In this document: positions 9,972 to 17,470 of the stretch, in pieces
How positions within the stretch are numbered: position 1 is the stretch's first letter
Layout of the letters: every line of letters begins with the position of its first letter
Source of the DNA: Phycisphaerales bacterium
GTDB lineage: Bacteria; Planctomycetota; Phycisphaerae; Phycisphaerales; UBA1924
NCBI GenBank assembly: GCA_029260495.1
Contig: JAJDDD010000009.1
Coordinates: 434,266-498,265 of the forward strand
Direction: 5' to 3'
Length of the DNA stretch: 64,000 nt
Position numbers and translations under genes: made by a program
Notes under the pieces: model-generated
The model's input: the letters and a program-made list of their open reading frames with translations, nothing else
What the model was told of the DNA's origin: nothing
Databases searched by the model: none

Positions 9972-11020
9972 TGAAGAGCGCCATATGGAAAACCTTGTAC
10001 TCGCGTTGGAGAGGCCAACTGCAGCGCCCGGAGCCGGGGCTGTCGCTCTTGCTTCTGACCCCGGGCGATCTTCCTGTCTTTCTTAAGATCGCCCTCGCCG
10101 TCTGCGCGCGTCAGAACGGATCGTGCCTGCGCGAAACACTCGTCATACCGGATGTTAAAACCACGGGACTCACCGATCTTGTCGCCAGCAGCGCCCGCGA
10201 CTGGCCGCACGGCGAGATGCGCATCGTTGATCTTCCCCTCATTGATCGTCTCATCATTCGCCGCTTTCACAATCCACACTTCAACTGCTGGCTGCAGTTC
10301 ATTCGCGGGGTCGAAGCAGCCCGCTCAACCCATGTCCTCTGGCACGATGCTGATCTCTTCATCTCTGACCCAGCATTCCTCGACGCGCAGCATCAGCGGG
10401 CGACAGAGGAAAATTTGGACTGTCTCGGCGTCAGCCCTGTGTGGGATTCCTGGTTCCGCGAGCGCGGGCTTGACCATGTCACCGCGACGTGGGAACTCAT
10501 GCTGCGAGCCGACTGGATTCGCTCCTTCAAGCCATGGGAGCACCGTGGTCACGACGCAGATTGGCATGGCGATCGCCACACCTTCGATATCTCGCTTCTC
10601 CCACAAGCAAGAACCCCGCCCGAGCGTGTGGGCCGCTCCGATGTCGCCGATTCCTTCATTCATTTCAACTACGTCATCTGCACCTACCGCTGGTTCCAGC
10701 AGTCTGATGGTCCATACGAGGATGAGAACTTCCGAATCCTGCTCGTGCGCTTGCTGATTGATGCCTTCGATGACTCCGGTTGGGAGTACGAGGCGCCCAG
10801 CGTCGAGGATCTCGCCCGCGGCTTGACCAATGCAGATCTTCCGGTCACCTATCTCAAAAAGAGCACCCGTGACAACTATTCCGAATTTCGCAACAAGCTC
10901 CAGCAACTTATCGAGTCAACTATTCTCACGACCCAGCAGTCCGAGACTCTCTCAGAAGGTGTGTCTGTCTTCGACCGCTTGTTGAACTGGTCCAATCAAC
11001 AGGCGCCAGCAGCCGTATGA
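9971..11020 (+). CDS. Hypothetical protein of unknown function embedded in the EPS operon. No recognisable family.
   Basis: TGATG overlap start at 9971. The in-frame 9590 start was rejected because it would overlap the upstream gene by 380 bp. No TM helices. Contains WHDADLFISD. Confidence 0.5.
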   Translation: MKSAIWKTLYSRWRGQLQRPEPGLSLLLLTPGDLPVFLKIALAVCARQNGSCLRETLVIPDVKTTGLTDLVASSARDWPHGEMRIVDLPLIDRLIIRRFHNPHFNCWLQFIRGVEAARSTHVLWHDADLFISDPAFLDAQHQRATEENLDCLGVSPVWDSWFRERGLDHVTATWELMLRADWIRSFKPWEHRGHDADWHGDRHTFDISLLPQARTPPERVGRSDVADSFIHFNYVICTYRWFQQSDGPYEDENFRILLVRLLIDAFDDSGWEYEAPSVEDLARGLTNADLPVTYLKKSTRDNYSEFRNKLQQLIESTILTTQQSETLSEGVSVFDRLLNWSNQQAPAAV

Positions 11021-11027
11021 GCCCAAC

Positions 11028-12332
11028 GTGAAGATTGCATATCTCATAAACCGATATCCCGCGGTGAGCCACAGCTTTATCCGTCGAGAGATCGCGGCGC
11101 TCGAAGAGATCGGCGTCGCCGTCGAGCGATTCTCCATCCGCGATTGTGCGCACGAAGTTGTTGATGAGCACGATCGCGAAGAAGCCGCCCGAACACAGGT
11201 TCTGCTCGACAATGGCGTGAGGGGCTTATTGGCGCCGACACTCCGGGCTCTGTTCAAGACGCCGCTCGGATTCATGCGATCGCTCCGTGCTGCAGTTCAA
11301 CTGGGATGGAAATCAGATCGCGGCGTGCTTCGGCATCTCATCTACCTCAGTGAAGCCTGCGCACTCAAAGGACGACTTGCTGAATCCGGCTGTGACCACG
11401 TCCATGCGCACTTCGGCACCAACTCGACTGCGGTCGCCATGTTATGCAGAACTCTCGGCGGCCCCAGCTACAGCTTCACAGCGCACGGACCAGAGGAGTT
11501 TGACAAGCCTCTCCAGATCGGACTGGCGGAAAAGATTCACCACGCTTCATTTGTCGCCGGTGTTTCCAGTTTCGGCAGGTCACAGCTCTACCGCTGGTGC
11601 GCATGGAATGAGTGGCCCAAAATCAAGGTCATCCATTGCGGTGTTGACAACTCATATCTCACGCGGGCCCCGACTCCGGTTCCAGAAGCGTGCACGCTCG
11701 TATGCGTCGGCCGGCTCTGTGAACAAAAAGGCCAAGGCATCCTCATCGAAGCCACAGCCCAACTCGCAGCGCAAAATCACAACCTCGAGTTGGTGCTGGT
11801 GGGTGATGGGCCGATGCGGGGGGGGCTTGAAGAGATGATCGCGAGAAGGGGACTTGCTGATCGCGTGCGCATCACCGGGTGGATGACAGGAAAAGAAGTG
11901 CAGCAGGAGCTGCTGCGTGCGCGCGCCCTGGTGTTGCCGAGCTTTGCGGAGGGGCTCCCGGTGGTAATCATGGAGGCGCTGGCGATGGGCCGCCCTGTCA
12001 TTTCAACATACATCGCAGGGATTCCAGAGCTTGTCGAAGACGGTGTGAACGGCTGGCTGATCCCAGCGGGGGATATAGAACAACTGGCAACCGCGATGCG
12101 GACCGTGATTGACGCGACACCTGAAAAGCTGGGGCGGATGGGCCGCGAGGGTGCGCTCCGTGTTGCAGAACGGCACGATGCGCACAAAGAAGCTCAAAAA
12201 TTGGCGATGTGCTTCACTTGTGCGCTCGGCGCCGACAAGGAAACAGACCATGTGTCCGGTGATGTAGGTCATGAACCCGGGGCGCCCGCCCCGGTGTCGC
12301 AAGCTGGAAAAAGCCTTGGCAGCATGAACTGA
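11028..12332 (+). CDS. GT4 family glycosyltransferase, stp-like. Paralog of 1141..2409.
   Basis: GTG start. KIAYLINRYPAVSHSFIRREIAALEEIGV and HVHAHFGTNS...LGGPSYSFTAHGP motifs mirror the first gene. GT-B C-terminus EALAMGRPVIST. Confidence 0.8.
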   Translation: MKIAYLINRYPAVSHSFIRREIAALEEIGVAVERFSIRDCAHEVVDEHDREEAARTQVLLDNGVRGLLAPTLRALFKTPLGFMRSLRAAVQLGWKSDRGVLRHLIYLSEACALKGRLAESGCDHVHAHFGTNSTAVAMLCRTLGGPSYSFTAHGPEEFDKPLQIGLAEKIHHASFVAGVSSFGRSQLYRWCAWNEWPKIKVIHCGVDNSYLTRAPTPVPEACTLVCVGRLCEQKGQGILIEATAQLAAQNHNLELVLVGDGPMRGGLEEMIARRGLADRVRITGWMTGKEVQQELLRARALVLPSFAEGLPVVIMEALAMGRPVISTYIAGIPELVEDGVNGWLIPAGDIEQLATAMRTVIDATPEKLGRMGREGALRVAERHDAHKEAQKLAMCFTCALGADKETDHVSGDVGHEPGAPAPVSQAGKSLGSMN

Positions 12333-12333
12333 T

Positions 12334-13632
12334 TTGTTGCTTCATCTCATGAACATCTTACTCGCGGTTTGTGCGATTGTGCTTGTGATTCCGATGATGG
12401 TGTACATCATCGAATGCGCTGCTGCGATTGTCCCTCGGCGCGCGCGCAAGTTGGATTCGAACGGGGAGCGAGCTGGAGCGACGATCATTATTCCTGCGCA
12501 CAATGAGGCAGGGTCAATCGAGCGGACGGTTGCGTCTGTACAAGAGGAAATGAGCGCAGCGGATCGGCTCATTGTGATTTCGGACAACTCGACAGATGAC
12601 ACCGCGGCGCGCGCAAGAGAGGCGGGAGCGGAGGTCTTTGAGCGCAATGACGCAGAGAGGCGCGGCAAGGGGTATGCGCTTTCTTTCGGGCTTGATCAGA
12701 TCGCGGTCAATCCGCCTGCAGTTGTCGTGTTTGTTGATGCGGATTGTGAACTTGCGTTTGGAAGTCTCAATGCGCTGGTGCGGCAGGCAACGCGCACAGG
12801 GGCGCCTGCGCAGGGCGTGTATCTGCTCGCGGGCGATGAATCGCCGAGCTCGCGCGAGGCCGTCTCTCGGCTGGCGTTTGTCGTGAAGAATCTGGTGCGT
12901 CCTATGGGGCTCGATCATCTGGAGCTTCCATGTTTGCTTACGGGGACGGGGATGGCGTTCCCGTGGGAGATGATCCGGGCGGCGCCTTTGGCGGGTGGGA
13001 ATATTGTTGAGGATATGCAGCTTGGTATAGATCTTGCGATCGCGGGATCGTCGCCGCGATTGTGCGCCGGAGCGCACATACGGGGCGCCTCGGCGACGAA
13101 TGATGACTCCGCCCGTGCGCAGCGCACGCGGTGGGAGCATGGGCATTTGCGGACGCTTACCTCTCAGGGGCCGCGTCTGGTTCGGGCTGCGGCGATGCAG
13201 GGTCGGGGCGATCTTCTGGCGCTGGCGCTGGAACTCACTGTTCCTCCATTGTCATTGCTTGTGGCGGTCGTGTTTGTTGGGACTGTTCTTGCGACATTTG
13301 CAGCGCTTTTGGGAGCATGGTGGTGGCCGGCGAGTTGGCTTGCATCAGGGCTTGCGGGCGTTGTTGTGGTGACGCTGCTGGCCTGGTGGAAGCATGGTCG
13401 TGCGCACGCGCCGGGACGGGCGCTGCTGGCGGCGCCGGCGTACATCCTGTGGAAGCTCCCGTTGTACGCGAAGTTTTTCGTGAAGCCAGAGACAGAATGG
13501 GTGCGCACCGAGCGCGCGGGTGAGCGCACAAATAATAGAGATGAGAGCGCGGATGCAGCTTCAGCTTCGACGTCTGCCGAGGATGAGTCTTCGCTTGATG
13601 AACCGATCACCGAGCGGAGGGCGGCTTCGTGA
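12334..13632 (+). CDS. Membrane-anchored GT2 family glycosyltransferase (N-terminal TM, central GT-A domain, C-terminal TM helices)
   Basis: IIIPAHNEAGSIERT, VISDNSTDDT and VFVDADCE motifs. TTG start at 12334. An in-frame ATG at 12349 is an equally plausible start. Confidence 0.7.
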   Translation: MLLHLMNILLAVCAIVLVIPMMVYIIECAAAIVPRRARKLDSNGERAGATIIIPAHNEAGSIERTVASVQEEMSAADRLIVISDNSTDDTAARAREAGAEVFERNDAERRGKGYALSFGLDQIAVNPPAVVVFVDADCELAFGSLNALVRQATRTGAPAQGVYLLAGDESPSSREAVSRLAFVVKNLVRPMGLDHLELPCLLTGTGMAFPWEMIRAAPLAGGNIVEDMQLGIDLAIAGSSPRLCAGAHIRGASATNDDSARAQRTRWEHGHLRTLTSQGPRLVRAAAMQGRGDLLALALELTVPPLSLLVAVVFVGTVLATFAALLGAWWWPASWLASGLAGVVVVTLLAWWKHGRAHAPGRALLAAPAYILWKLPLYAKFFVKPETEWVRTERAGERTNNRDESADAASASTSAEDESSLDEPITERRAAS

Positions 13633-14468
13633 TGGGGGCGGTCGTGACAACTGAAGAGAGCGCGACGGCGGCGAAGGCATTAGACGTCTTCGGCGCGGTC
13701 GATTTATGTGGCGTTGTGCTGCACAAGGTGACCGAGCGAGGGTGCATTGATTGGATATTGATTGAGCTGAACTCGGGGCGCGGCGGTTGGGTGGTGACGC
13801 CGAATCTTGAGATTGTGCGGCGTTGTGCGAAGAGCGCCGAAGAGCGCGACCTTGTGGCGCGGGCGGATCTTCGAGTGGCGGACGGGATGCCGCTCATTTG
13901 GGCGAGCCGGGTTCGCGGTGAGGCGCTGCCTGCTCGTGTGGCGGGATCGAGCTTGATATTGACGTTGTCTGAGGCAGCGGCTGCGAGGGGGCGATCGATT
14001 TTTCTGCTGGGGGGCGAGCCTGGGTCAGCGGAGGAGGCTGCGCAGGAGTTGGCGAAGCGCAATAAGGAGTTATCGGTCGTGGGAACTTATTGCCCGCCGA
14101 TGGGCTTTGAGCGCGACGCTGAGGAGATGGCTCGGATTCGGGAGGCGCTTGTCGATGCGAACCCGGACATCGTCTTCGTTGGACTTGGCTTCCCGAAGCA
14201 GGAGCGATTGATCGCGGAGGTCCGAGAACTCCTCCCGCAGGCATGGTGGCTGGGCGTGGGCGTGAGTTTTAGCTTTGTGAGCGGCCATGTGCAGCGGGCG
14301 CCGGGCTGGATGCAGCGGTGCGGCGTTGAGTGGTTGCACCGACTGTCGCAGGAGCCGGGGCGGCTGGCGAGGCGATACCTGATCGACGGAATTCCTTTCG
14401 GGATGCGGCTGATGATCGGCTCGGCAGCGTGTCGATTGAGGGGGAAGCGTCAAGGAGCTGTCCGATGA
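13632..14468 (+). CDS. WecB/TagA/CpsF family (GT26) glycosyltransferase
   Basis: VVTPNLEIVRR...ADGMPLIWASR...IFLLGG...VFVGLGFPKQE matches the WecG/TagA pattern. The start overlaps the upstream stop (GTGATG). Confidence 0.75.
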   Translation: MGAVVTTEESATAAKALDVFGAVDLCGVVLHKVTERGCIDWILIELNSGRGGWVVTPNLEIVRRCAKSAEERDLVARADLRVADGMPLIWASRVRGEALPARVAGSSLILTLSEAAAARGRSIFLLGGEPGSAEEAAQELAKRNKELSVVGTYCPPMGFERDAEEMARIREALVDANPDIVFVGLGFPKQERLIAEVRELLPQAWWLGVGVSFSFVSGHVQRAPGWMQRCGVEWLHRLSQEPGRLARRYLIDGIPFGMRLMIGSAACRLRGKRQGAVR

Positions 14469-14962
14469 GCCTATCTGTGCGAACCATTTCGAGTGCAAGC
14501 TGTTCTGTGGAGGATGCGTACAAGCGCGCGTCTGCGGAAGTGGAGCCGGTGTTTGTTCCTGCGAAGATTTATACGGACGATCGAGGGTGGTCGCTGATGA
14601 ATCAGATGCAGGGTGTGATGCGCCCTGAGGGGCAGCTCAACTACTCGGTGCAGTACCCGGGCGTCATCAAGGCGTGGCATCGGCATGCGAAGCAGACTGA
14701 TTTCTGGATGTGCATCCAGGGGCACATGAAGATGGGCGTGTATCGGGATGATGGCGCCGCGTGGATGTTGGTTTCGGGTGAAAAGAATGCAGGCGTGGTG
14801 ATCGTGCCTCCTACATTGTGGCACGGAGCAGCGACTGTGGGACCGACGAGCGCGGGGCTTCTCTACTTTGTGACGCACGCGTACGACCCGCAGGCGCCCG
14901 ATGAGGAGCGAATGCCATTTGACGAGGTTGAGGGGTTCAACTGGGGTGTTGAGTGTCGCTAG
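14465..14962 (+). CDS. Cupin-fold sugar-nucleotide isomerase/epimerase (RmlC / FdtA-WxcM C-terminal-like)
   Basis: ATGA overlap at 14465. A ~166 aa all-beta protein with KAWHRH...DFWMCIQGHMKMGVY. The family assignment is from memory only. Confidence 0.45.
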   Translation: MSLSVRTISSASCSVEDAYKRASAEVEPVFVPAKIYTDDRGWSLMNQMQGVMRPEGQLNYSVQYPGVIKAWHRHAKQTDFWMCIQGHMKMGVYRDDGAAWMLVSGEKNAGVVIVPPTLWHGAATVGPTSAGLLYFVTHAYDPQAPDEERMPFDEVEGFNWGVECR

Positions 14963-14963
14963 C

Positions 14964-15911
14964 GTGACGAAGGACGACGATGAGACGAACAGTCGCGCGA
15001 AGGAGTGCGCGGTCGTTGCGTGTGTGTTGCTCACGGGTGGATTGCGTCCGTCGCCTCTTGTGACTGCGGCGCGACGGTCGGTGTTGGATCTATTTCTCAC
15101 GCCGGAACGAACGGTATTGGGCGTGTGGCTCGATCATCTTCGGAATCTGAATCATGGATCAGCGGTTCCGTGTCGGATTGTGCATGGGGGCGATGGGCCA
15201 ATGCCTTTCGGCGCGGCGATCGGAGAGGGAGCAGCGGTCACGTTCGAGAAGGAGCATGGTCAATATCGGGGGCCAGCGGGCGCGTTGCGGGATGCTTGCG
15301 GGATGTACGGCGAAGAGGACGTGGTGTTGGTTGCTGACGGGGCGCGGTGGGTTTCGGCGTCGTTGGATGGGTTGGTGGCGGCTCATCGTTCGCATGGCGC
15401 GGATGTGACGGTTGCGGCGAATCCGGATGGCTCGCCGACTGGGGCATACCTATTGAGCCGGCGCGTAATTGACCTGACGCCGACCAAGGGATTCATGGAT
15501 TTGAAAGAGCAGTTGCTCGAGAAAGCGTTGCAGTCCGGGATGAGGATTCGAGTTCACACGCTGGACGGCGGCTCGAAGCCACTGCGAACGAGGAAGCAGT
15601 TTTTGGGGGTGTGCGCGGAAATTGGAAGGCGGGAAGAGCAACGTCCGAAAACTGCTGGAGAGTCTGCGAGGCTGGAGGGGGTGAGTTGGCGTGCTGCTGA
15701 CGGTGAGTTGGGGGCAGGCTGCGTGCTGGTGGACTCTGTGGTGATGCCGGGGGCGGTCGTGGGAGAAGGGGCGGTGGTGGCGAGAACGATCGTTTGTCCT
15801 GGGGCCCGGGTCCAGCCCGGGGCGCGTGTGGTCGATGCTGTTGTGAGCGCGGAAGGTGTAAGATCAGGAGACGAGCGGCCGGCTGTTGGCCGCTGGAAGG
15901 TTCGGTCATGA
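14964..15911 (+). CDS. Nucleotidyltransferase-fold protein with a C-terminal left-handed beta-helix (hexapeptide repeats)
   Basis: A GTG follows 1 nt after the upstream TAG. CAVVACVLLTGGLRPSPL resembles the NTP-transferase G-rich loop. C-terminal VLVDSVVMPGAVVGEGAVVARTIVCPGARVQPGARVVDAVV hexapeptides. Confidence 0.5.
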   Translation: MTKDDDETNSRAKECAVVACVLLTGGLRPSPLVTAARRSVLDLFLTPERTVLGVWLDHLRNLNHGSAVPCRIVHGGDGPMPFGAAIGEGAAVTFEKEHGQYRGPAGALRDACGMYGEEDVVLVADGARWVSASLDGLVAAHRSHGADVTVAANPDGSPTGAYLLSRRVIDLTPTKGFMDLKEQLLEKALQSGMRIRVHTLDGGSKPLRTRKQFLGVCAEIGRREEQRPKTAGESARLEGVSWRAADGELGAGCVLVDSVVMPGAVVGEGAVVARTIVCPGARVQPGARVVDAVVSAEGVRSGDERPAVGRWKVRS

Positions 15912-16774
15912 TCCAGCGTCGGGCGTGGAGATTTTCGGACGGTGTGCTGCTCGCAGCGTTGGTGGGGCTGGCGATCGTTGCGACCCGTGAGATATGGCGC
16001 GATATCTTTCGTATTGGTTGGCACAACGAAGAGCAGTCGCACATTCTGCTGGCGCCGTTGATCGCGCTGTGGTTGATGTGGGTGCGTCGGGAGCGGCTGC
16101 GATTCTGCAGGCCGTGCTGGACGTTGCTCGGGCCGTTGGTTGTTGGCGTGGGTTGGGCGCTGGCGTGGTATGGGTTTCATGGATCGACGACAGTCTTTTG
16201 GCATTTCGGGGCTCTGCTGATTGTCGCGGGGGCGGCGATTACGGTGGTGGGGGTTGAGTTTGTTCGGAACTTTGCGCCGGCGATGATTGCGTTGGTGTTC
16301 TTGATGCCGGTTCCTGGGGATATCCGCGGGGACATCGCGGTGCCATTGCAGAAGGTGACAGCGACGGTGACGCAGTTCGGGATGGAGCTTTTTGGCGTGC
16401 CGGTGACACGGGCGGGGAATCAGTTGTCTTTGAACGGGCAGGATGTCGCGGTGGCCGAGGCGTGTAATGGGATGCGCATGGTGGCGGCGCTGGTGCTGGT
16501 GAGTTTTGCGTTTGTGTTTTCGACTCCGATGCGGCAGGGGGTTCGCATATTTATTCTTGCGATTAGTCCGCTGGTTGCAATTGTGTGCAATGTGATTCGC
16601 CTGGTGCCGACGGTGTTGCTTTATGGATATTCGAGCAAGGACGCGGCGGACACATTCCATGATGTGAGCGGGTGGGCGATGCTGTTCGTTGCGCTGGGGA
16701 TTTTGTGGGGTATTTTCGGCGTTCTGCGATGGATTGAGATTCCGATTACGCCGTATGCAGTGGCGGAGGAATAG
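15908..16774 (+). CDS. Exosortase (Xrt family transpeptidase for PEP-CTERM proteins)
   Basis: ATGA overlap at 15908. 8 TM helices. VAVAEACNGMRMV carries the conserved exosortase Cys. A conserved Arg/Asn-containing segment lies downstream (NVIRLVPTV). Confidence 0.8.
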   Translation: MIQRRAWRFSDGVLLAALVGLAIVATREIWRDIFRIGWHNEEQSHILLAPLIALWLMWVRRERLRFCRPCWTLLGPLVVGVGWALAWYGFHGSTTVFWHFGALLIVAGAAITVVGVEFVRNFAPAMIALVFLMPVPGDIRGDIAVPLQKVTATVTQFGMELFGVPVTRAGNQLSLNGQDVAVAEACNGMRMVAALVLVSFAFVFSTPMRQGVRIFILAISPLVAIVCNVIRLVPTVLLYGYSSKDAADTFHDVSGWAMLFVALGILWGIFGVLRWIEIPITPYAVAEE

Positions 16775-17470
16775 ATGGGCACAAGCAGGTGGTACAACGT
16801 GTTTGGTCGGGTAGCGCCGGGGGCGAGCGCTGTGATTCTCGGAGCGGTTTTAGTTGTCGGGGGGATTGATGCGGAGTCTTTGCCGGGAGCGGGGAAGTAT
16901 CACAAGGCGGTGAAGGTGGCGATCGAGGGTGTGCCTTACCGGATTGGGCAGTGGGTGGGGACGGACGTGGACACGCCGATTGAGGCGGTCAAGCTGCTGC
17001 GGCCGAATGAGATTTTGCATCGCCGGTTTGTGAATACGACGACCAACGAGACGGTGGCGCTGCTTGTTGTGCATTGCACGGACACCAATGACATGTTGGG
17101 GCACTACCCGCCACAATGCTACCCGGCGCACGGCTGGAGACGGGAAGGCACACAGCAAACGACGCTGGAGTTTGAGGATCAGCTTTATCCAGCGACGGAG
17201 TACGAGTTCAATCGGATGGTGCAGGGGCGCGAACAGCGTATGAGCGTGTTCAGTTTTTTTGTGCTGCCTGATGGATCGATCGTGGCGGATATGAAAGGAT
17301 TGAAGAGCGCATCGGGGCGGAAGTCGGCTTCGCAGCTTGGCGCTGCTCAGGTGCAGATTGTCGGTGGAGAAGACTTGCCGGCGGAGAAGCGCAGGGAAAT
17401 CGTGCATGAGTTTGTGCGTGCGATAGAGCCGACGATCCGAGTAGTCGCGGAGGGGATCAAGAATGGATAA
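16775..17470 (+). CDS. EpsI-like exosortase-associated protein
   Basis: ATG directly after the exosortase stop. Signal-anchored ~230 aa protein in the position EpsI occupies next to XrtA. The family call rests on position and size. Confidence 0.5.
   Translation: MGTSRWYNVFGRVAPGASAVILGAVLVVGGIDAESLPGAGKYHKAVKVAIEGVPYRIGQWVGTDVDTPIEAVKLLRPNEILHRRFVNTTTNETVALLVVHCTDTNDMLGHYPPQCYPAHGWRREGTQQTTLEFEDQLYPATEYEFNRMVQGREQRMSVFSFFVLPDGSIVADMKGLKSASGRKSASQLGAAQVQIVGGEDLPAEKRREIVHEFVRAIEPTIRVVAEGIKNG

Noticed and set aside
12514-13146. 210-aa Arg-rich minus ORF inside the GT2 gene
   Set aside because: Antisense artefact of high GC. No start context or motifs.
15554-16660. 368-aa minus-strand ORF rich in His/Arg/Gln, antisense to the exosortase
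   Set aside because: Composition is typical of antisense reading of GC-rich coding DNA. It completely overlaps a well-supported gene and has no motifs.
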